This document shows, piece by piece, positions 13,475-24,700 of a stretch of 64,000 nucleotides of DNA (its first letter is position 1; the number at the start of each line of letters is the position of its first letter). The DNA is from Amoebophrya sp. A120 (Eukaryota > Protista > Dinoflagellata): contig CAJINV010000005.1 in NCBI GenBank assembly GCA_905178155.1, positions 7,057,751 through 7,121,750 of the forward strand. Direction: 5' to 3'. The notes beneath the pieces were generated by a model, which saw only the letters and a list, made by a program, of their open reading frames with translations, ran no database searches and was not told the DNA's origin. A program made the position numbers and the translations under genes.

Positions 13475-15584
13475 GAAGTAAGTTGCGCGACGTAGTAGAA
13501 CGTAGTTTGAACTACAACATTTGAATTTATTGACGTGCAAAAAGATTAAAATCAAAAGAAAATGACTAGTGTAGGATATGAATAGGTTTTTAGTATTAAG
13601 TTGAGAGAGTGAAGACAGTGACCACAACATTTGATTTGCTGTAGGAGAAGTAGTTGCGTCGCCATTGCTAGTGTTTACCTGTATAATTTGAAACATATTT
13701 TTCGCTGCAAAAGCTCCACATCCGAAATTACATACCACATCAATTGACCAGTAGGCCAGATTGTGGATCCGAGCGTCATTTTGCTCGTTGTTCTGGTCCA
13801 TGTTTCGAAACTCAAGCAAAAAAGTGGCAGCAAATTTTGAGGCTGTCTTGGACTGCTGTATCCGGTATAGCCAGCTACAACTTACGGACTTGAACTTGAA
13901 GCGATTTCGCTGCACTTGCGGCAGTGCCAAGAGTTATCCACAACTTCTGAGCCGTAGCGAGCGTAAGACTTTGTGTTCCTGGACGACTGGCGAAGCACGA
14001 CGTCGCTTCTAGTGGATAAGCGAGAGAAAAGGGAAACTAAATCCCACCTGATCATTTTCGTTATGATCGTCGTAGCGTGCAAGATTTTCGGCGAACGGTG
14101 GGCGTGATGGCGGCGGACTTAATGGCGGCCCGCGCCAAAATGGAAGACGCTTGGCAGCCGCTGGCCGAGAGTGCTGACAAGTCCGCCGCGAACTACCTGG
14201 ATGGTTGGGCTCTTGCGGGGGCCCAGTCTACCGGGCCGCGGTTGATGTGGAGCCCGCGCGCGAGCACCACCGCCGCCGCCCCGCAGTGCGCCGCAGCGGG
14301 CGGCGGGCTGGGCCCGGCGTGTCAGAATGCCGCCGCGGGGCCGTGCCGTCTCGCGCGAGGCCCCCCGGGGCGGGCCGTTGTAGCTGTGTGGCGGGTCGGT
14401 GGGTCGATCGTCTCGCCGCTCATCGTTTTGCCAGCCTGCCAGGTGTGGGCGCTTTGGGAGAGCGCGGCCCAACGCGGCCCCCAGCTCGCGGCGTTGCCAC
14501 CTGGTGCGGCGACTCGGCGCGCTAGGCGTGGGGGCCCTTGGGTTCGTCTTGTGCCCCGCAGAGAAACGCAAGCCGCGAAAAGAACGGGCGACGGGGCCCC
14601 GGAATTCCTCGGGCGTGGTGGCGCCCCCCGACCTGGCCGGCCCCGTTTGCCGGCATTCAGGCCTCCCTCGTCCCGGCCGCCCGGGCAAGAAAATGGCGGC
14701 GCTCCGCGCCGTTTTTCGTTCGCATCTCGCGCCCGCCTCATGTGTGGGCGCGGGCGGGATGGGTCGCGCGTTTCTTTGCCCCCCCCGCCTCCCGGTCGGT
14801 GGCCCCGCCCCCCAGGCGCCCCGTCCTATTGCTTGGCGCAGCGGGCAGCCCGGGCGGGCCGGCCATGCATTGTGCTACCTAGATTTTCGCGAGCCTGCCG
14901 GCGCCCGCGACGGACCGGTCCTGGGTTGGCTTTATGGATATTCGCTTCCGCGGGCGCAGCCACGAGCGCAGTGTGTGCGTGGGGTCGCTGCCGCGGTTAA
15001 TGGCCGAGCTTCCTTCGTTCTTTTTTATCTGGTGGGTCGAACAACAAAACGAAAATCGAGGCTCTTTTGGAATGAGCTTGATGTCGATACACATTTCTGG
15101 TAGGAGCGAGTTCTCGCGCACGTGTGACGCTTCGCCTTCCCTTGTCAGACGCGCAGTTTTGTCTTGGCGACCCAAGGTGGCAACTTTGGTCACCTGGTCT
15201 CTTGTTTCCACCTGTGTTTCGGGACGGGCGGACGAGATGTTTCTGCTCTTGCATGAAGTTTTTTTGCATTGGTGACAAAGGCGACGACAAAAAGACAAGT
15301 AGATCGAAATCACGTGGCAGCCTGTAGATGTAGTAGAGATCCTTGGTCAAAGATGAGATAACTTGGATCTGCTGGCTACGATGATGCAAGTCATCGTCCC
15401 CGCAATTAACATGTGTGGCGTGTACTCTGCCCCCGAGGTCTTTAGCGTTTGTGACCAACAATGGCTTCTCGTGCTGGAGACCGTCGTGTGTTGGTTCAGA
15501 TTTTTTGGCTCTGTAGTACGAAAAATGCAGAGTCAGTAGAAGATTAATTTAAGATAGAGACTGAGATACACGAAATCTTCAAAA

Positions 15585-18500
15585 ATGGACACCGCCGCCC
15601 GGCGCAAGGAAACTTCGAAGCAGCTGGTGCTCGCTTTTCGGGCGGCTTGTAAGAACAAGCCTCCCCCTCCGCACCAAGCCGCAAAGACCAGAACGGCCGG
15701 ACAGCCCATCACTGATGCCTCTACTTCACATGCCAAACAGCCGCACCCATCCGCCGGACTACAGCAGGGTAGTAGTTCTTATTTCGACATCCAGGCCTTG
15801 CTGCAACACGGCATCCCGCATGCCAACGCACAGGGGATCGCATTGTCCGCCTCCAGTGCCGCAACCGTTGCTGCAACGACCGACTTCTATTCGACGGCTT
15901 TTAGCTCTGGAGTTCTGGTGCAAGATGAGCGGCCTGCTGGACGTGCAGCCACAGAGGGCACCTCGTCCTGCCCCTCCTCGTCCTCCTCGAAGAGGCCAAT
16001 GCTGGTGTCCAACGCAGATGTCCGTGTGGCGGTTTTTCACGCGGTGGAGAAGCGGTTTCTGGAATTGGTTGCAGCTGTTGAAAATAACAATGGAGTATCC
16101 ACAGTAAATTTCCTGTACAACACGTACAAACGCCGTTTCTGCATGACAAAACTTGGCTTCGATCCTAGTTTAGCATGACAAGTTTGACCCTCCAAATTGG
16201 TGAAGTTTGTGATGCATCCTGTACATGTGCTGGAAATTTGTATTGCATAGGGAGAACTACTAGGAGATGTTGACATCACAGGAACGGACCACACGGGAAG
16301 TTCGAGTGGTCCCGTCTTGAATGAGCAGGACATTAGCACGCTTTGCCTCGCGTTTGGGAAGGAGCAGAGTGTGCTTGAGCATAAATTAAGTGAAAAAAAT
16401 GGTATGGGCACCGCCCTTCGGCCGGCAAAAATCGTGAAGCATCAGCCGTTCTGGGAAGGCGTCAGCAAGTTTTTAGCAGGCCACTTCCGCAGGCAGCATC
16501 TGAGTTGTAGTAGAAACGTGGCAAATTCAGATACGATATGCATGGCAAAAGTATCGTACTAGCATCAATTGCATTACAAATTTGTCCATCTGGAAAAAAA
16601 TGGAATTTGTCATGCTAATTCACCTAAAAAGGTGTATTTGCCATGCCTGATAGCAATTACTACGAGTGCGATACTTTTGCACAGGATATACGACCTCGGA
16701 GTTTTTCACCCCCCAGGGGCTGGCATTGACTTTGAACGGTCTGAGCAAGTACTATCAGCAGTGGGAAACTGTTCATGGAAAGCAGCATGACAAAGGCTCC
16801 GGGTTGAAAAGAATCTGCACGCTTTTGGACCCTTTCACCAAGAAATGTTTGGAAACGAAGTGTCTGCAGTTCGCCTTCGCTGACACAAGAACTACGGGGT
16901 CTGCTTGTGTTTCGGCGGGAACATTATATCGTAGAGCAGCACCGAGGAACCACCGTACCGATGCAAAAAATGCTTTCTCCCAAGCCCACCTGGCGATGAT
17001 CTGCAATGCTTGGGTCCACCTGGAATTCTCGTTGGACAATTTTGTTCGATTCGCCGAGAGCATCTTTACGTTCAACCGTTGTAGTGACAAGGCGAGTTGG
17101 GGTTCTACTTGCGCAGGACAAAGAAAGAACGAGGACTTCAACGCTTGTTCTCCCACCAACTGGTCTTTCAAAACCACTTGCGTGGTCCTCAACGCCTGTT
17201 GTAAGCTACTGTTTCCGAATTCGCTGGACTTAGACGCTACAGTAGTACACAGTGATTCTGCAGACGACGGGTATAATAACACCAGCGGAGGCTGTACAAT
17301 AAACAGTGCGAGTGCTTCTACGTCGATGTTGTGTTCCTCCAACAAAAAGGCTCTCCTGGATTTGCGTGAAAACATTTCCCAATTCTTAACAACCGAGTAC
17401 ATCAACCGGAGATTGTGCGATGAATTGCGGCTACTTCCAGCAGACTACAGGGGTTCTTGTCGACTCGCCGAGTCGGAGGGAAAACGCCACGCTGACGAAT
17501 TTTCCGAGCAGCACATTGCCATGTTCTTGCACGCACTTGCAAGGTTTCAGATTGACATTGGAAATAATAATAAAAATAATTCGCCCGCGACGAACAAAAT
17601 AGCGATGGAACTTTTGGCGGATCGATATTGGAAGATCTTTTGTGAAACATGTGGCTTGGAAGGCGAAAACGAAGAAAAGGATGGTAATCAAGTAGCTGGT
17701 GCCGATCATCAACCCCCTACTACATCAGGAGCCGATATCAATCCTTGCTTCGACCACGAGGACACGAGGAATAAATCTCCGGTGCGGCTGCGACTGGCAG
17801 CAGCCAACGGGAGGCAACCGGATCATGTTGATGGATTGCAAATCAGTCACGGATTCTGCACGGTGGCGCTTGCACTAGCCCGGTCCGGGATGTTTGATCC
17901 GAGATTTCACGACGCTGCGTATTTTTTGACAAGGAAATTCCGCAAAAATACAGGAGGTTGTCATGCGCAGATGCGGCAAGAACTTGAACCAGTTCGCCTT
18001 CATCTTTACTTCCAAGAACCCCAACACCTGGTGAACTACGTATTTGCGCAGCAGCTGGCGAGATCCCTGAGAGGACGAGGGAGGGATGGCAACGACGCAA
18101 ATTATGATTATCCTGCATCAAGTGCAAGAACCACCGATTTCTTCCTGGCGGATCTCGGACGGAGAGAAATGCTTGCGCAAGAACAGTTGTCTAGACCTTG
18201 TGGTGCAACATCAGCCGATAATCGTCGTGCTCAACACGCGCCGGAAGCAGAGCATGAGCAACAGCTTGCTCCCGCGTGGCTTTCGGTGCAGGGGAAGAGC
18301 CAAATTCTTAGCTCGCTGTTTTCCGCTTTCCATTTCAGCGAATCTAGATCTACCACGGCGCCGGGGAGGATGAAGAAGACCGCAGCAAGTAATTCTTGTC
18401 ACTGGACGACGCGGCTTTTACCCAATTGGCCCTTTCACAGCCTGCGCTTTTTCGCGGGGTTGCTGGAAGATAATGTGTCACCAGGGCCGGAAGCTGCAAG

Positions 18501-18741
18501 AAGTAACATTTCACCGAGTTTATCAGGCTCTTTCCAGGCCCCCACTAACTCGTCAACCTTTCAGGCGGAAGTAGCGGAAACAATTTGTAGGATAAAAAGC
18601 ACTTGTTCTTCGACTTCTGCACAGAGTGAAGATTCTTTTTCTTCAATCAAAAACATGTTTCTTCTCAAGGAAGCGCAAGTAGCTTTTTACTTTGTTGACA
18701 TACTCTTGCAGCGACCAGGATGCTTTTCAGAACAAGCGTAA
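15585..18741 (+). CDS. OPR/heptatricopeptide-repeat, RAP/FASTK-like organellar RNA-binding protein
   Basis: Helical repeat motifs NEQDISTLCLAFGK, FTPQGLALTLNGLSK, FSQAHLAMICNAW, FSEQHIAMFLHALAR, EPQHLVNYVFA; C-terminal SSTFQAEVAETI..EAQVAFYFVDILL resembles the start of a RAP domain. Two introners. Confidence 0.6.
16096..16249. mobile_element. Introner family K
   Basis: tatccacagtaaatttcc...ggaaatttgtattgcata; TSD tggag/gggag; reverse relative of 60482. Confidence 0.8.
16537..16688. mobile_element. Introner family B
   Basis: TIR; TSD tacga. Confidence 0.9.
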
Positions 18742-19341
18742 ACGTCATGCGAATCAACGACACGAATACAAGAATAGTAAGCGCAAATGTCATGATCATT
18801 CCTTGACCGGTGCTTTTCAAATCGGTAATACTGTTCGGTTACTGAAATGAAAGATGCTCTTGCTCTTACGCGGACCTCCGTGCAATCACGATCACGATCA
18901 TTTTCGTCTTTCACAGCAGCAGCTTCGATTCGACCTGGATCCACCCTTTGGATTTCTAATCGTGAAAAATAGTGTAACAGCTCCTCATGCTGCTCATGTT
19001 TGATCACTGTACTTTTTGAAGATGCGACCGACATGCAAGAAGTAGGACGAGATCCTAAGCCAAAATAAGACACCAGAGTTCTTTCGCGATCAGTCTGTTT
19101 TCATATCAATTTCGGATGCACTACATCCACTTCTACTTTTTCTGCGTATGAGTTTCCCGCTCGGTCTTTTCCTCCACTCGCCCTCCTTCGGTTCCCTGTC
19201 CCAATTTCAACTCCTTCTCACCGAAAGACTAGCCTTCTTCCACCTACTCGTAAGTTGCCTGGACAAGATTTGAGGAACAACATTAAGCACCACCAGATCA
19301 TCATTTTTATACGACCACAAGCACCATAACATAGCAAGATC

Positions 19342-20645
19342 ATGGCGCCCACCTCCGACAAGAAGGGTACCGCGCACATCGGTGCGGATATCACTGAGAT
19401 TGCGGAAATTTGCCTGGTCCCCGGCGACCCGTTACGAGCGAAGTACATTGTGGAGAACTACCTCGAGGATTACAAGCAGGTCACGTCGGTCCGAAACTGC
19501 TTAGGCTACACGGGGTACTACAATGGGGTAAGGCTCTCCGTCGTCGCCTCTGGAATGGGCGCCGCCGGGGCGAGCATTTACTTTTCCGAGTTGATCGACT
19601 ACTACAATGTGAAGGTGTTAATCCGGATTGGGTCGTGTGGAACGCACTTGGCGCCCAAGGTGAAGATATGAATTGCAAAAGTATCGTACTCGTATGATAA
19701 ATGCATTACAAATTTTCCCAGCATGAGAAATGAAATTTGTAATGCGGATTTACCTCAAGTCAAAGATTTGTAATGCAAAACTTGCATTTATACGAGTGCG
19801 ATATTTTTGCACAGGATAGAAGATGGGAGATTTGATCTTGGCGATGACGGCAGGGACGGATAGCAAGTACAGGATGACTTTTATTTTTGTGATGTGCTGG
19901 ATCTTATTTGATTACGATTAGTAATACGTGCAGTTCGGTATCTTTTACGCATATAGAGATGTACGGGTTTTTATGCGGTAGTTTTTCATGCGTGTCCTCC
20001 TGCAACACAACTACAAAAACACTATGTATAAAATCAGAATGAACCGCACCCGTCTGCTCGACCACGACCATGCCGTATGCTGTGACTTCGAGCTTCTTAA
20101 AACGTGCACCGAATCCTGCGACAAAATTTTAGCCGAGAACGCGAAAATATCCTGTGCAAAAGTATCGTACTCGTATTGCACTCATGCATTACAAATCTTT
20201 TCCTTGAGGTAGATCATCATTACAAATTTTCTTTCTCATGCTAAGGAAAGTTGTAATGCATTTATATATACGAGTGCGATAGTACTTTTGCAGTTCATAG
20301 AGAAACGAAAATTACCATGTCGGGAAGATTTTCACCTCGGATTTCTTTTACCACCCGCAGGAACAGACACTCTACCCGCTGTTGAAAAAGCACAACTACC
20401 TCGGGATCGAGATGGAATGCTCCAGTCTCTATGCCTGCGCGAGTGAGCGGAACGCAAGGGCGCTGACCATTTGCACGGTGACGGACGAAATTCACTTGGT
20501 AGACAACACGGGGCCTAATGCGGCCAGCACGCCGTACAAACTGGAATTTAAGGGGTTGTCTTCTGCGGAGAGGGAACAGAAATTGCGATCCATGATGCAG
20601 ATTGCGCTGGATACGGTGGTGAAAACCGTGCACAAGGGGTTGTAA
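19342..20645 (+). CDS. deoD: Purine nucleoside phosphorylase, hexameric DeoD type
   Basis: HIGA..PGDPLRAKYI..VRNCLGYTGYYNG..SGMG..IRIGSCG..TDSKMNR..GKIFTSDFFY..GIEME..ALTICTVTD is collinear with bacterial DeoD. Four exons (two introners plus GT-AG intron ~19868-20037). Confidence 0.93.
19667..19818. mobile_element. Introner family B
   Basis: tatgaattgc...gcacaggata; TSD gaaga. Confidence 0.92.
20148..20299. mobile_element. Introner family B (reverse orientation)
   Basis: tatcctgtgc...gcagttcata; TSD gaaaa/gagaa. Confidence 0.9.
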
Positions 20646-21717
20646 GTAACACACTCAACGAGAAGGACCAATTCCAATTCATGTTGCTGAAACGCATGAT
20701 GCGCAGATGATGGAATGTTTGTAACTAAAGCAAGCACATGGCACGACGACTACGATATTAGATACGATTCTTCTATACCACGCACAAGCGTTGTGAAAAA
20801 AACACGACCTTCGACTTTGTTTTTCACGATTTTTTGAATTAGTGGCAATTACACATAGCGATGGCGCTCATTCGAATTAGACTTTTCATTCGAGGGGGAA
20901 TTTTCTGGTGCAGCAGGGAATTTTTAATGTCGAAACTACAGCTTGTGCTTGTGATTATACGCGAGGACTACTATTGATTGCAACATGTTGGAATTTCTAC
21001 GGCGCTGTCACTGATGAACTTGAATAAACCAGAAACGTACGTCAGGGAATACGATTGATGCTCCATCTGCAACAACATGGACAGCGCTCTGTGTCCGCGT
21101 TGAGTTCTAACGCTAGATGGGTCCTCGCGTCTTCATCGTCGTGGGTAAGTAATCTACTCTAATAACAATCGTCGTAGGAAATTTTTCTCGTCTACTTCAG
21201 GTGTCTGTTTCATCGCTTTGATGTCGACCTAGTTTGTTGGGTATTTTGTAACTGATCTAGACTCGTTTTTTTCTGTTTGGGTGATGGCGTTGTCTTCGGC
21301 ATCTTTGAACTTTTTCGTACCTGCTGTGACAAGGGTACCGCTCGGCATTCTGTTTCATCGTACGTAGTTCCATCATTCTAAGCTCATATTTCAGCTCCTG
21401 GCTCTTTTTGTCGTGGCTTAGGGAGGTCTTTTTCTTTTCATCGTTATACAAAGGGTCGTCGCTCGTGTATCCTAGTGCTAGTACTGCTCGGTGGTACAGC
21501 TTTCTCTCACCAGAAGCCGCTTATTGTCAGGATTCATTTATTTCTCTTTGTGCAACAACTAGTGTTTTTTTCAAGTACTATTTTTTTCAAGAGCACAGGA
21601 AGCCGGCGCCACGGAACGACCCACAGGAGGGACGGTCCTCCTGCAGTTCCTGACCTATAATTTCTTCTACACCTCCAGCCTCCTCAGGCACCAGTAGTTC
21701 TTCATCCCACTAAGAAA

Positions 21718-24700
21718 ATGCTCTCCGACACACTCCCCGCGTTTCAGCGAGGGTGCTCGGAGGGCACCAATGCCGCCGAGATCGCCGCGACAACAGATAC
21801 AAATAACCTGGACCGTTCCAACTCTTTCGCAAATTTGAACGCGACATTTCGAAATTTGGGGAGAAAAAAACGGATCGAATCTCTCGAGTTCGTCGACGAT
21901 CTCCACGATGACATCGCCTCGTTCCTCACGAAAGCGCACTGCGAGGCGGATGTTTTGAAATATCTGGAGGGGCAGTTGGTCTACAGCAGACCAACCTGGC
22001 TGGATAAGGACAGGTGGCTGAAGGTGATATGCATTACAAAAGTATCGTACTTCTACGATAAATCGCATCATAAATTTTCCCAACAACCAAAGTGCAATTT
22101 GTCATGCTGGACGAGGTAGAAAGTTAGATTTCGATTTTCGATGCCTGCCTGCCATTACTACGAGTGCGATACTTTTGCACGGGATAGGTGAAGAACAGCA
22201 TCTATTCCAGTTGTCAGGATCATGAAGTCGCCGAGAGTTGTCAGGGCAGCTTGTCTCCGACGAAAACTTCTGGTGACGACGCTGGCAAGACCGGTAGTGG
22301 TACATCATCATCATCATTTTCATCAACTTCTTCGTCTTCTACATCCAGTACCAGTTCTGCCTCCAGCACAAATAAGCCCTCCCGCGAGCAAGTCCTCTCC
22401 GCGATTAAGAAGCGAAAGCACTCGAGGTTTTTCTGGGACGCGACCCGACCGGAGGATTTCAAAAATGTCAGGCGAGTTTTCGGCGGCCCGCCGTTTTCTA
22501 GTGAGGTCCGGTGGCCGAAGGTGGTGCACGAGAAAACGTGGGAGCAGTTCGCGAGCTCCTCGGCGACGAATCCGCACTGTAGTACGCCAAATGGCGTGGG
22601 GACGACAATCGGGCCGCTGCACGATGTGGCAGAGGAGGAGGAGGCGAGTCACAGTGTGGACATCAAGGAACAGCTTCCCGCTGGAAGTACTTCTACTCCA
22701 AATAACAGGACGACGACGACAGCTGCGTCTCCTGGTGGTGCTGCTGCAAGTTTAAGTTCAAGCACCGCCACTCCGTCAAAAATTCCACCTTCTAACCGCC
22801 CTAACTCCGGTGTTTTTCGTGTGCCGAGTGGTAACAACCCGCTGTCCACAAGGAACACGCCATCGAGGACAGCTTTGAAGCTAAAACCGCTGATGCTGTC
22901 CCCCAGTGGCAATGCTACAGGTACTAGTTCGTCTTCAGCAGCAGGATTAGCATCTACTTCAAATCAGCCTCTATCAAGTTCCTCCGCCGCCTCCTCCTCC
23001 ACACCGAATAAAGGCCTAGCCTCGAGCCACCGACCCCCGAGTGCTGGGCCGCGTGTAGGTGGACGAGGATCAGCTGCTGGCGCAACGTCAAGGCCCGGAC
23101 TAGTACTCAATTCCGATGACGATGATGATCCAAACCTAGAAACTGATCCGGAGCACAGTCCAGAGGAGGATCTGGAGTTTGAGGTCAAAAAAACGCCGAA
23201 CAAAACAAGTCCAGGCAAGAATAAAGCAATTTTCAAGGAAGGCAGTCACAAGAGGGAAGACAGCTTTTCCCTGTTGGATCACGCCTGCGACTCTTTCAGT
23301 GCGTCTCGAAGATACGTCGGAACCTGCGCGAGAGTGATGAATTCGGACGTCGCGACCGGTGGCTCAACATCTTCTTCGTCTGGCAGTGGGAGTTCGAACA
23401 ATTCCAGTAGTTCCTCTTCCAATGCCTGGGACCGGGAAAACGCCGGAAAGACGATTCTCCCCACCAGTTTAAGGGATCCGCAGGACTTGTTGCAGTTTAC
23501 AAGCTACGAATTGCAAAAGTATCGTACTAGATAGTACTAGTAGGAACTGCATTACAAATTTCCTCAGCATGAGAAATCAAATTTGTGATGCGGATTTACG
23601 TTAAGAAATAGACTTGTATGTAATGTCGATGACTGCAATTACTACAAGCGCGATACTTTTGCAGTTCATACAAGCTGCTTCGAGTCGGGAAATTTAAAGT
23701 ACGCCTGTTTCCGCGGGGTCGTGAAGAGGGTGGTGGACGATAGTGGAGGTAGTAGTTCTGGTGTTCTGCAGCATCCTTTAGCAGCAGCAGCCGCTGCGGG
23801 TGCGGCCTCGACGAATTCGTCGTCTTCCGGTGGACGAGCACCAGGTCCTGGGGCTGACAGCACGAGTGGTTTGGGAACGACATCAAATGGTCTTCACCCC
23901 ACGCCTCTCGTAGGGTATAACACCTACATTCCGGTTTACGATTTAGTCCTTGACCACGACACAAATTCTCTCGGGCATGTCCAGTGGTTCAATTTCGCTT
24001 GTCGCGGCTTCAAGCGGGCCCAGACGATCCGGTTCCGGATCATCAACGCATGCAAGGGGGCTAGTCTCTTCCAGATGGGGATGCGACCGCTAGTGTGGAG
24101 CGAAACGCACGCAATGAAGATGTTCGCGGCGGGGGATAATAGAGGATCTTCGAATTCATCGGGTAGTAGTAGTGGTTCTTGTACTGGCGCGAAGCAGGAA
24201 CATCAAAACAGTGGCAATTATGCAGGCACACAACAAGACGGAGGTGCTGCAACTTCGGATGTGGAGCCAACTTCTAGTTCTAACTCTGCGCAACAACAGC
24301 AGACCCACATGTTCACGAAGCGCTCCGGTGGTGTCACAACGGAGGTCCCGACAAACAACCTCGACCCGTTTTCCTCCTCAGAACTGTTACCAAAACTCTG
24401 GCGCCCGATGGGAGAAAACATCACCTACGCGCGGAATAAGATTCCAAGGGCGGTCAGGGCACAAATGCAGTTCACCGGCGGGGGAGGAGGGAACAATAGC
24501 AACAATTCCAATAACGGAGGAGGAGGTTCATCTTCCACCCAGAATCTATTCGGGCGAACTAGCAGTCAAAATCACGGAACAGGTGGTCCCAATCCTGGTC
24601 TGATGAACAATGGAGATATCTTCTCCTTGGTGAACTCTGGGAATAACAATAGCAACGGAACGAATAGCAACAGTTCTTTCGGTGGTTCCATGGGCAATGA

